Assembly: GCA_964534995.1 (NCBI GenBank)
Contig: CAZHSC010000002.1
Coordinates: 16,213-80,212, forward strand
Reading direction: 5' to 3'
Length of the DNA stretch: 64,000 bases
Source: an uncultured Bifidobacterium sp.
GTDB lineage: Bacteria > Bacteroidota > Bacteroidia > AKYH767-A > OLB10
The notes below the pieces were generated by a model, which saw nothing but the letters and a program-made list of their open reading frames with translations, was not told the origin of the DNA and did no database searches. The position numbers and the translations under genes were made by a program. This document shows positions 1 through 8,470 of this stretch, in pieces. How positions within the stretch are numbered: position 1 is the stretch's first letter; each line of letters starts with the position of its first letter.

Positions 1-299
1 ATGAACTCTTTGAGCCGTGTATTCCGATCTTTCTTAAAGTCAAGGCTTAAGTAAATGAATTTAACTTTCTGATTTTTAAGATCTTTTTCCATCCTTATAA
101 AATCCGGTAACTCTTGGACGCAAGGCTGGCACCAGGTCGCCCAGAAATTCAAAACAAGAACTGAATCATCAACAATTCCGATTCTTTTCATGACATCCGG
201 AATCTTTACCATGTCAACTTCCTGCCCTAAAAGATTGTTAGAAAACAGCGACAATAAAACACATCCAAATTTAACAAGATCTGATCTCATCCTCATCAT
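1..299 (-). CDS. TlpA-like thioredoxin / disulfide reductase family protein (3' end runs off the window start; absent from ORF track)
   Basis: Manual translation of the minus strand from 299: MMRMRSDLVKFGCVLLSLFSNNLLGQEVDMVKIPDVMKRIGIVDDSVLVLNFWATWCQPCVQELPDF..., with the TlpA motif NFWATWCxPC. Confidence 0.85.
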   Translation of the reverse strand, partial: MMRMRSDLVKFGCVLLSLFSNNLLGQEVDMVKIPDVMKRIGIVDDSVLVLNFWATWCQPCVQELPDFIRMEKDLKNQKVKFIYLSLDFKKDRNTRLKEF

Positions 300-343
300 G
301 ACAAATAAAACAACAAAAACCCAAAAAGCGTATCTGCCTTAAT

Positions 344-372
344 AAAAAAGGCCGCCCAAAAGAGCGACCTCT
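344..372 (-). terminator. Intrinsic terminator after the 188-aa repeat protein gene
   Basis: Minus strand GGTCGCTC-TTTT-GGGCGGCC stem (with G-U pairs) followed by TTTTTT. Confidence 0.65.
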
Positions 373-405
373 AAATTAACACCATGATATAAAACTACTT
401 ATTAT

Positions 406-972
406 TCATACCGGCATAATATGACGGACCATTGCCAAGGTCTTTTCAACGATAAAATTCAGCAGAACATCAAAGGACTGACGCGCACTAATGGTAAACT
501 TCTCTCTTCCCTCTGCCGTTTGTGCAACAACTATCACCTCAGCATCTGATTTATCAGCAGGCAATGGAGCAGCCACAATTTGAACTTCCTTCAAATCAAT
601 GGCAGGAATCCATTCATTCTTATACTTAACCAGGTTCACTTTCTGACCAATATTTACAGGGACCCTTAGCCCTTCTTTTGGCAGATCGTCGGAATTATAA
701 ACACCTGTAGATTTGATCGTTACTTCATTCAATTGAATAGAAGGTATCCATGAATTCCGGTATTCAACCGCCGGAAAGACTTGTTGGATTTGTGCGCTGT
801 TATCTGCCCTTATCGTTACTTCATTAAGAGTAATACAGGGAATCCTTTCATTTTGATAAGTGACAGTTTCAACCATGGTTCCTGTACCAGCGAAGGCATG
901 GTTCACTTTTAAAAGAATAAATACAGCTACCAAACCGTTTAAAGCAGCATTAGAGAGGGTGATTGATTTCAT
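406..972 (-). CDS. Hypothetical secreted protein with three YxNxWIPxIxLxEVxI repeats
   Basis: 188-aa ORF with an N-terminal signal peptide (…VNHAFA|G), three internal repeats, an upstream -7 box and a downstream terminator. Confidence 0.75.
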   Translation of the reverse strand: MKSITLSNAALNGLVAVFILLKVNHAFAGTGTMVETVTYQNERIPCITLNEVTIRADNSAQIQQVFPAVEYRNSWIPSIQLNEVTIKSTGVYNSDDLPKEGLRVPVNIGQKVNLVKYKNEWIPAIDLKEVQIVAAPLPADKSDAEVIVVAQTAEGREKFTISARQSFDVLLNFIVEKTLAMVRHIMPV

Positions 973-997
973 GGCTTCTGTTTTTTAATTGACATTG

Positions 998-1005
998 CAA
1001 AGATA
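998..1005 (-). promoter_or_regulatory. Bacteroidota sigma70 -7 box (TATCTTTG)
   Basis: Exact TAnnTTTG on the minus strand 25 nt upstream of the ATG at 972. Confidence 0.65.
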
Positions 1006-1333
1006 TATCTATCGGATAGTACTTTGCAATACATAGTACCTTATTTTTTGTATTTAATTGATTTTTAATGGTATTATTTTATTTATTGGATATCAGAGAG
1101 TATTTTGAAAATAAGATGCATAAAGATCCCGAATTGTTACAGTCATTACTGTTATCGGGATGTTAATACCTGTTATGGTTGCGTTAAAATTTGAAAATCA
1201 ATTTTTTCAATTCATAAAAAGCTCTTTACCCGAACGTTGGCGAAAACACGTTGGATCTATTTACTTTTTCGCAAAAAATCAGAGAGGGGGAATAATTATA
1301 ATAATAAGAGCTTATCATTATGAATCAAGGACA

Positions 1334-2014
1334 TTATCTGCCTAACCAATGTAATTCGGCAGATTCATATACCTTTTGGTTATTAAGAGAATTGGAAATA
1401 CTGATCATTGCTTTGGCAACAGTAAAACCATGAACGGGTTTATATTTTTGGAGCCTGCCTATCATTAGGAAGGAAAATACATACATCAGCAACTGACCCA
1501 CTTTTTCAATAAAACGGAATTCCTGCCGGGGGCCTAACAATAGAGATGGCCGTAAAAAGGCAAGTTTTTTGAATTGAAATTTAATACTGATATCTCTTTC
1601 CATTTCTCCCTTTGTACGCAGATAAAAATTAGTACTTTCTGGATCAGCACCCAAGGAAGAAATCACAATATATTTCTTGATTCCGGCTTTCATGGCCATT
1701 TCAGCGAGATGAACAGGTATCCAATAATCAACATCCCTGAAAGCGGATTGGGATCCGGCCTTTTTCATGGTTGTTCCAACACAACAAAACAGGACATCCG
1801 CATGCTCCACTTTTCCGATCAATGGCAAAGGATTTGAAAAATCAACCACTTCAACCTGTACTTTATTGCAGGCAAATTCCATATTTCTGCGTGACAATAC
1901 CACTATTTTACTGATACTTACATCCTTGATTAATTGCTCCATTAAACTACTACCAATCAGGCCACTGGCACCTGCTACCACCACTGATTTTAATTGGTTA
2001 CTCTCCATCGGCAT
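1334..2014 (-). CDS. NAD(P)-binding Rossmann oxidoreductase, HTATIP2/TIP30 (YraR)-like
   Basis: GASGLIG nucleotide-binding motif; CCVGTTMKKAGSQSAFRDVDY, SSLGAD and YLRTKGEME motifs of TIP30-like SDRs. Confidence 0.85.
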   Translation of the reverse strand: MPMESNQLKSVVVAGASGLIGSSLMEQLIKDVSISKIVVLSRRNMEFACNKVQVEVVDFSNPLPLIGKVEHADVLFCCVGTTMKKAGSQSAFRDVDYWIPVHLAEMAMKAGIKKYIVISSLGADPESTNFYLRTKGEMERDISIKFQFKKLAFLRPSLLLGPRQEFRFIEKVGQLLMYVFSFLMIGRLQKYKPVHGFTVAKAMISISNSLNNQKVYESAELHWLGR

Positions 2015-2050
2015 TATTCCCTATTCTTTTGAAAAAATATGAATCAAAAG

Positions 2051-2058
2051 CAAAGTTA
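2051..2058 (-). promoter_or_regulatory. -7 box (TAACTTTG) for the oxidoreductase gene
   Basis: Exact TAnnTTTG on the minus strand upstream of 2014. Confidence 0.55.
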
Positions 2059-2125
2059 ATAACAGACAACTCAATATCCTGTTAAAAACCATGCATTAAT
2101 CCTGTTAAATCCCCCCCTAAATTCC

Positions 2126-2133
2126 TACCTTTG
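2126..2133 (+). promoter_or_regulatory. -7 box (TACCTTTG) for the TPR-comA operon
   Basis: Exact TAnnTTTG 16 nt before the ATG at 2150. Confidence 0.65.
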
Positions 2134-2149
2134 CTACAAGCAAAAATAT

Positions 2150-3577
2150 ATGGAGGAAGATGATGATGATATGGATCAACAGGATGAGAACAGTGAACTC
2201 ATCCAGAAATCCGTAGAGAAATATGAAGAGATGCGTGAACGCCAGGAGCGTTACTTTTTTGATGTGGATGCCCTGGTCAGGATCATTGATCATTTTATCG
2301 AAAGATTTGAGTATGAAAAATCTCTCGAAGTAACGAGATATGCGCACAGTCTACACCCACAATCCGTAAACTTTACTTTAAAAGAAGCGCATTTATATGC
2401 CCTTATGGGCCAGGAACAAAAAGCGCTGGCATTGCTTGAAAAGATAGAGCATGTAAACCCCTTTGATGTGGAAGTACATCTTATCAGGGGAAATATTTAT
2501 AATACGCTGGAGCAGTACCAACGTGCCATTGCCAGTTATCGAAAGGCCCTGGAGATGGCCGACGAGCAAAAGGACGATATTTATCTGAGTCTGGCGATCA
2601 CCTATCAGAATATGTCTGAATACTCGAAAGCGGTAGATTATTACAAGTTATGCCTGCTGGCCAATCCTTCCAATGAAATAGCCATGGAAGAGATGATAGT
2701 CAGCCTCGAGTTCAGCCATCGACTTGGAGAAGGGGTTGAGTTTTACAAACGCCTGATTGATGAGCATCCTTATGCGTATATGCTTTGGTATTACCTTGCC
2801 GATTTATATGGAAAGCAAAACCAGTATGATGAGGCTTTGATTGCGTATGACTATTGCCTTTTGATTAAAGAAGACTTTGCACCGGCACACCTAGATATGG
2901 CGCAGGCACTTGCCATGCTGGAAAAGTTCAGGGAAGCTATTGACCGCTACCAAATTGCTTTTGAATATTGTAAACCGGATGCTTTTACCTATTACAATAT
3001 CGGTGAATGCCATGAAAACCTTCAGGACATGGAGAAGGCCAGGGAACATTACAAAAAGGCGGTTAAGTTAAACCCGGAAATGTCACAGGCCTGGTATGGA
3101 ATCGGGGTTACTTACGAAGAAGAAGACCGTTGGTACGAAGCCATTCACTACATCAAAAAAGCGATAGAGATCGATGATCAGAACGGCGAATACTGGCTGG
3201 CTCTGGGTGACTGCGAATACAGGTTGAACAATTTTTCAGAAGCGGAAGAATGTTATAAAAAAGTGATTGATTATGACCCGGAAAATGAGGAAGGATGGAT
3301 CGCCTACTCTGAATTACTTTCGGTGTTGAACAGGTCCTATGAAGCTTCTGAACTTATCAATACCGCTTTGTTTTATCACCCCGATAATGCAGAAATCAGA
3401 TACAGACAGGTTTGTTACCTTTACCTGTCGGGTTACCAGCAGGAGGCCTATACCCGGCTTGCCGAAACTTTAGAAACTTTTCCAGATGGTTACGGAATCA
3501 TTTATGAACTGGTTCCCTCGCTTGAAAACGATTATCAGATACAATCAATCATTCAACATAAAGGAGGAAGCATATGA
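2150..3577 (+). CDS. Tetratricopeptide repeat protein
   Basis: Multiple TPR units (e.g. AYYNIGECHENLQDMEKAREHYKKAVKLNPEMSQAWYGIG); its stop overlaps the next start (ATGA). Confidence 0.9.
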   Translation: MEEDDDDMDQQDENSELIQKSVEKYEEMRERQERYFFDVDALVRIIDHFIERFEYEKSLEVTRYAHSLHPQSVNFTLKEAHLYALMGQEQKALALLEKIEHVNPFDVEVHLIRGNIYNTLEQYQRAIASYRKALEMADEQKDDIYLSLAITYQNMSEYSKAVDYYKLCLLANPSNEIAMEEMIVSLEFSHRLGEGVEFYKRLIDEHPYAYMLWYYLADLYGKQNQYDEALIAYDYCLLIKEDFAPAHLDMAQALAMLEKFREAIDRYQIAFEYCKPDAFTYYNIGECHENLQDMEKAREHYKKAVKLNPEMSQAWYGIGVTYEEEDRWYEAIHYIKKAIEIDDQNGEYWLALGDCEYRLNNFSEAEECYKKVIDYDPENEEGWIAYSELLSVLNRSYEASELINTALFYHPDNAEIRYRQVCYLYLSGYQQEAYTRLAETLETFPDGYGIIYELVPSLENDYQIQSIIQHKGGSI

Positions 3578-4398
3578 ACAGGAATTTTAACATGTCGCAT
3601 ATCCCATCGCGACCTGAAAAACCAAGGAAAACAGGTTTAACCATGGTGATGGATAAAGGCTTAAGCATCCGTGAATGTGAAAACATTGTGGAGGCATCGG
3701 GTACTTACATTGACATCATAAAACTTGGTTTTGGAAGTTCACTCATCACTCCCCTCTTAGACCGAAAACTGGCATTTTTTAAGGAAGCAGGTATCCCTGT
3801 ATATTTCGGAGGTACCTTATTGGAAGCGTTTATCATTCGTGGACAATTTGATGAATACCTGCGCATCCTGGACAGGTTTAAAATGGAATACGCCGAAGTT
3901 TCCGATGGTTCTATCACGATGCCCCACCAGGAAAAATGCCATTACATACACCGGCTCAGTAAAAGGGTTACGGTAATCAGTGAAGTAGGCTCGAAAGAAG
4001 AAGGCATCCTTATCCGTCCCAACAAATGGATAGAAATGATGAATACGGAAATTGAAGCCGGCGCGTGGAAAGTAATCGCTGAAGCCCGGGAAAGCGGAAC
4101 CGTTGGTATTTACAGACCTAACGGTAAAGCGCATGTAGTGCTGATCAATAAAATTGCAGCCAAAGTACCCGTTGATAAAATCATCTGGGAGACTCCACAG
4201 AAGTCGCAGCAAGTGTATTTTATCAAACATTTCGGAGCCAACGTAAATCTTGGCAACATCGCTCCGCATGAAGTAATAGCGCTGGAATCGCTTCGGCTCG
4301 GCTTACGCAGCGATACTTTCTTTCAATATCTTGACAAGACCCTGTACAACCCGGTTGCCGAAATCAATATTAAAGGTGAAAAAACCCATACTGTTTAA
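3574..4398 (+). CDS. comA: Phosphosulfolactate synthase (ComA family)
   Basis: GLTMVMDKGL, IDIIKLGFGS, YFGGTLLEAF, EVSDGSI, SEVGSK, VIAEARESG, ANVNLGNI and LESLRLGLRSDT motifs. Confidence 0.9.
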   Translation: MNRNFNMSHIPSRPEKPRKTGLTMVMDKGLSIRECENIVEASGTYIDIIKLGFGSSLITPLLDRKLAFFKEAGIPVYFGGTLLEAFIIRGQFDEYLRILDRFKMEYAEVSDGSITMPHQEKCHYIHRLSKRVTVISEVGSKEEGILIRPNKWIEMMNTEIEAGAWKVIAEARESGTVGIYRPNGKAHVVLINKIAAKVPVDKIIWETPQKSQQVYFIKHFGANVNLGNIAPHEVIALESLRLGLRSDTFFQYLDKTLYNPVAEINIKGEKTHTV

Positions 4399-4403
4399 AC
4401 CTT

Positions 4404-4721
4404 ATGAAAGAAAAGACAGTCAATGAACTGAAGGAATGGATGGACAAGGGTACCCCATTCCAGCTTATTGATGTGCGTGAACCGCATGAATACGAAATCT
4501 GTAATCTGGATGGCTTACTGATACCGCTGGGCAACCTGCTTGCTGAAGTGGATAAGATTCGTAAAGACATTCCCGTGATTGTTCATTGCAGGAGCGGCGC
4601 AAGAAGCGGTGCCGCAATCAACGAGCTTGAAAAACGCTTTGGATTTGACAACCTGTACAACCTGAAGGGAGGTATTATTTCCTATGCCAAAGAGATAGAC
4701 CCAAGCCTGGCAGTTTATTAA
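4404..4721 (+). CDS. Single-domain rhodanese-like sulfurtransferase
   Basis: LIDVREPHEY, active-site loop VHCRSGARS, NLKGGI. Confidence 0.9.
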   Translation: MKEKTVNELKEWMDKGTPFQLIDVREPHEYEICNLDGLLIPLGNLLAEVDKIRKDIPVIVHCRSGARSGAAINELEKRFGFDNLYNLKGGIISYAKEIDPSLAVY

Positions 4722-4725
4722 GTTT

Positions 4726-5376
4726 ATGCTTCATACATTTATTGATTTTATCCTTCATATTAATGAACACCTGGCCGGCATGGTTCAGGAATATGGGGTG
4801 CTTATTTACGGAATCTTATTCCTGATCATCTTTGTTGAAACCGGACTGGTGGTAATGCCTTTCTTGCCCGGCGACTCCCTACTTTTTGCCGCGGGAGCGC
4901 TTTGTGCCAATGAACAAAATGGACTGAATCTCGCCCTGCTGATAGGCTTGCTGACCCTAGCTGCCATCCTTGGTGATAACACCAACTATTTCATCGGAAA
5001 GTTTTTTGGATTAAAAGCGTCACAGTTCAGCATCAAAGGACGCAGGATCGTCAAACAAAAATATATTGATGACACCCATAAATTTTTTGAAAAACATGGA
5101 ACCAAGGCCATCATCATGGCACGATTTGTACCTATTGTCAGAACATTTACACCTTTTGTTGCCGGGTTGGGAAATATGAGCTATCGTACTAAATTTTTGC
5201 CATACGACATAGCGGGAGGGATATTATGGATCAGTTCCATGTCCATTTCAGGTTACCTTTTCGGACAAATCGAATGGGTAAAAGGACATTTCGAAGCGGT
5301 TGTATTATTGATTATTTTCTTGTCCATTTTACCCATGATTATTGAATTACTCCGGCAAAAACTAAAAAAGAACTAA
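4726..5376 (+). CDS. DedA/VTT family membrane protein
   Basis: ETGLVVMPFLPGDSLLFAAG, ARFVPIVRTF motifs. Confidence 0.9.
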   Translation: MLHTFIDFILHINEHLAGMVQEYGVLIYGILFLIIFVETGLVVMPFLPGDSLLFAAGALCANEQNGLNLALLIGLLTLAAILGDNTNYFIGKFFGLKASQFSIKGRRIVKQKYIDDTHKFFEKHGTKAIIMARFVPIVRTFTPFVAGLGNMSYRTKFLPYDIAGGILWISSMSISGYLFGQIEWVKGHFEAVVLLIIFLSILPMIIELLRQKLKKN

Positions 5377-6119
5377 TGCCCGTTTACGCCCTGGCAGGAA
5401 GAAAACTCGGACATTCTTTTTCAAAAGCCTGGTTTACCGCAAAATTTGAAAGGGAGGGTCTGGAAGACCATCATTACATCAACATTGAAACTGAAGAAGT
5501 TTCACAAATTCCTTCCCTCGTAATTGAAAAAGGACTGGCCGGATTCAATGTAACCCACCCTTATAAAACGGAAATAATTCCTTATTTACAGCAATTGGAC
5601 AGCGATGCCGCAAGGATTCATGCCGTTAACACTGTCAAAGTGTCAAAAGATGGCAAGCTAAAAGGTTTTAACACCGATCTGACCGGATTTAGGGAAAGTA
5701 TCAAGCCGCATCTCAAAGCCTGTCACAGCCATGCTTTATTATTCGGAACCGGTGGCGCATCGCGTGCGGTTGCATCCATTTTGCAGGAACTGGGTATTGA
5801 ATTTCTGTATGTTTCGAGAGGAAAGAAGGATGAAAACACCTTACTTTATCAAGAGCTAACCGCGTTGGATATACGGAATGCACCCTTGCTTATCAATTCC
5901 ACTCCCCTGGGTACCTTTCCGGATGTAAATACGGCACCCGATATTCCTTATGAGGGTATTGAAAAATACCATTTACTTTTTGACCTTGTTTACAATCCTT
6001 CTGAAACAAAATTTTTGAAAATGGGGCGTATACACGGGGCTGCCACCCTGAACGGTTATGATATGCTGGTAAGGCAGGCTCAGGAAAGCTGGAAAATATG
6101 GAATGATCCTTTACGCTGA
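5376..6119 (+). CDS. aroE: Shikimate dehydrogenase
   Basis: GRKLGHSFS, GFNVTHPYK, AVNT, GFNTD, GTGGAS, INSTPLG, DLVYNP, NGYDMLVRQA. Confidence 0.92.
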   Translation: MPVYALAGRKLGHSFSKAWFTAKFEREGLEDHHYINIETEEVSQIPSLVIEKGLAGFNVTHPYKTEIIPYLQQLDSDAARIHAVNTVKVSKDGKLKGFNTDLTGFRESIKPHLKACHSHALLFGTGGASRAVASILQELGIEFLYVSRGKKDENTLLYQELTALDIRNAPLLINSTPLGTFPDVNTAPDIPYEGIEKYHLLFDLVYNPSETKFLKMGRIHGAATLNGYDMLVRQAQESWKIWNDPLR

Positions 6120-6229
6120 GTTTATCCCAGACGCTCTTCGCCCGTCATTCAAAAATATGCGATATGGAATTGCTCTTCAGGGATGGACCTATTATTTAAA
6201 AAAGCATTTTCCGGATAAAATGTTAGTAG

Positions 6230-6237
6230 TATCTTCG
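6230..6237 (+). promoter_or_regulatory. Variant -7 box (TATCTTCG) upstream of the DUF6580 gene
   Basis: One mismatch from TAnnTTTG, 37 nt before the ATG at 6275. Confidence 0.4.
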
Positions 6238-6274
6238 CAACACCAATTCCAACCTTATGCAAGTAGACAGCCGA

Positions 6275-6784
6275 ATGAAACTGATCAGTTTATTTATCTT
6301 CCTGGGAGCTCTTTCAAGGCTAATTCCCCATCCTTTGAACTTCACCCCTCTGGCGGCAATGGCCTTATTCGGCGGTGCCTTCCTTAACGATAAGCGCTTA
6401 TCCTTTCTCATTCCGGTTTCAGCCATGTTTCTGAGCGACCTTCTTCTTGAATTCAAAGACGGTAGCGGATTTTACCCGGAAATGATCTGGGTATACGGAA
6501 GCATACTTCTGATCACCGGTCTTGGCTTCCTCCTTCGCGGAAGGGAACAACGACAAAATATTATGGTTGCATCCTTGCTTGGGTCTATCCTGTTTTTTAT
6601 ACTTACCAACTTCGGTACCTGGGTATCCGGATATTACGGATACACTTCACAAGGGCTTTCCGCCTGTTATGTGGCTGCCATACCCTTCTTTAAAGGCACT
6701 ATTCTGGGAGATTTATTTTATAATCTTCTTTTCTTTGGTGCCTTTGCCCTGGTTAAGAAAATTTCGCCTTCTCTGGTTAAGTAG
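6275..6784 (+). CDS. DUF6580-family putative transport protein (ECF S-component-like)
   Basis: Hydrophobic protein with RLIPHPLNFTPLAAMALFGG and CYVAAIPFFKGTILGDLFY; start moved to MKLISL (ORF track start 6257). Confidence 0.75.
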   Translation: MKLISLFIFLGALSRLIPHPLNFTPLAAMALFGGAFLNDKRLSFLIPVSAMFLSDLLLEFKDGSGFYPEMIWVYGSILLITGLGFLLRGREQRQNIMVASLLGSILFFILTNFGTWVSGYYGYTSQGLSACYVAAIPFFKGTILGDLFYNLLFFGAFALVKKISPSLVK

Positions 6785-6995
6785 TTTTTACCGTTTGGTC
6801 TTTTTGTGAAGCAGTAATGTATCCTGATATTGTTACAGAGCAAGCCTGTGTAGCCATAGCCGGTGTAAGCCTGGTTTTTCAATCCATCCAGGTTTATCCA
6901 TCCATTTCCGGATAATGCCAAAAGTTACATGCAGGCAGGGGTAATAATTTCAGATTATCATACAGGTACGGTATACAAAGCCCGGTCAATATCCT

Positions 6996-7003
6996 TAAAT
7001 TTG
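6996..7003 (+). promoter_or_regulatory. -7 box (TAAATTTG) for mrp-nifU
   Basis: Exact TAnnTTTG upstream of 7045. Confidence 0.6.
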
Positions 7004-7044
7004 CAACGGAAAAAGGGCTATCGCAATTCATAAAGATCAATATT

Positions 7045-8145
7045 ATGATTACAAAAGAACAGGTAATTGATGCATTGAGAAACGTGGACGATCCGGATTT
7101 AAAAAAGGACCTGGTTACACTTAACATGATAAAGGATGTGGAGACCGATGGTAAAAAAGTAAGTTTTACCGTTGTACTCACCACGCCCGCATGCCCATTA
7201 AAAGAACTTATTGCCAACGCCTGCCGGAATGCCATCCTTCATTATGTGGACAAGGAGGCAGAGGTGAGCATCAACATGACCGCGAATGTCAATTCCCAGC
7301 GACCGGCATCAGAAAACATTTTACCGGGTGTAAGAAATATCATTGCGGTAGCAAGTGGTAAAGGAGGAGTTGGCAAATCAACCGTTGCAGCCAATCTTGC
7401 TGTAGCCATGGCGCAAACTGGAGCGAAAGTTGGATTGATTGACGCTGATATTTTTGGCCCCTCACAGCCTATCATGTTTGGCGTAGAAAATGAAAGATTA
7501 TTCATCACTGAAAAAGAGGGAAGACAGTTGATGCAGCCGGTCGAGAAATACGGGGTGAAGGTCCTTTCCATTGGATTTCTGACCGATCCTTCCCAGGCCA
7601 TCGTTTGGAGAGGGCCCATGGCTTCCAAAGCGCTACGTCAGTTATTCAGCGATGCCGACTGGGGTGATCTGGATTATCTTTTTATCGATCTGCCTCCCGG
7701 AACCAGCGATATTCACCTGACACTGGTAGCCACCGTTCCGGTTACGGGAGCTGTTATTGTTTCTACACCACAACAAGTTGCACTGGCCGATGCCCGGAAA
7801 GGAATTTCCATGTTCGAAATGGATACTATCAAGGTTCCGGTGATAGGTATTGTAGAAAACATGGCTTATTTCACCCCCACCGAGTTACCTGATCATAAGT
7901 ATTATATTTTCGGAAAAGGCGGCTGCAGGAAACTGGCCGAAGAGTTACACATTCCCTTCCTCGGTGAAATCCCATTGGTACAATCCATACGGGAAGGTGG
8001 TGATGAAGGCATTCCTATGGCCATGCAGCATGACCATCCGGCCTCTCTCGCCTTTCTGACGGTTGCAGGGAATGTAGCACAGCAGGTTGCCATCAGAAAC
8101 GCCGGCCAGGCCGCTGTTCAAAGTCCAGTTCCCACGGGATATTAA
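7045..8145 (+). CDS. mrp: Mrp/NBP35 (ApbC) Fe-S cluster carrier ATPase
   Basis: N-terminal FeS_assembly_P domain (TTPACPLK), ASGKGGVGKST, DADIFGPS, WRGPMAS, DLPPGTSD. Confidence 0.92.
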   Translation: MITKEQVIDALRNVDDPDLKKDLVTLNMIKDVETDGKKVSFTVVLTTPACPLKELIANACRNAILHYVDKEAEVSINMTANVNSQRPASENILPGVRNIIAVASGKGGVGKSTVAANLAVAMAQTGAKVGLIDADIFGPSQPIMFGVENERLFITEKEGRQLMQPVEKYGVKVLSIGFLTDPSQAIVWRGPMASKALRQLFSDADWGDLDYLFIDLPPGTSDIHLTLVATVPVTGAVIVSTPQQVALADARKGISMFEMDTIKVPVIGIVENMAYFTPTELPDHKYYIFGKGGCRKLAEELHIPFLGEIPLVQSIREGGDEGIPMAMQHDHPASLAFLTVAGNVAQQVAIRNAGQAAVQSPVPTGY

Positions 8146-8153
8146 GCAAAGCC

Positions 8154-8396
8154 ATGGCAACGAACGAACAATTAGTTTCCCGCATTGAAGAAACCCTTTC
8201 TCAGCTCCGTCCGTACCTGGAAGCGGACAATGGCAACATCAGCTTTGTTGAACTCACCGACGACATGGTGGTTCGAGTAAGATTAGAGGGAGCATGCAGT
8301 TCTTGCTCCATGAGTATGATGACATTAAAAGCCGGTGTTGAACAGTCGCTGTTGAAAGCCATTCCGGGACTTAAAGCTGTAGAAGCGGTGCTTTAA
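8154..8396 (+). CDS. NifU-C/NfuA-like Fe-S carrier
   Basis: LRPYLEADNGNI and GACSSCSMSMMTLKAGVE (CxxC). Confidence 0.9.
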   Translation: MATNEQLVSRIEETLSQLRPYLEADNGNISFVELTDDMVVRVRLEGACSSCSMSMMTLKAGVEQSLLKAIPGLKAVEAVL

Positions 8397-8470
8397 AACG
8401 GATTACATTTTTCTCCACTCACTGCTAATTTTAATTCAGCGTATCATTCCTTGTTTCATGAATGAACCGG

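Noticed and set aside
6120-6274. Cobalamin riboswitch upstream of the DUF6580 gene
   Set aside because: No B12-box or core riboswitch motifs seen, and the probable promoter leaves only about 35 nt of leader.
6785-6990. 6S, SRP or other housekeeping ncRNA in the DUF6580-mrp gap
   Set aside because: Only short asymmetric pairings were found, and no SRP GGAA-loop or RNase P/tmRNA signature.
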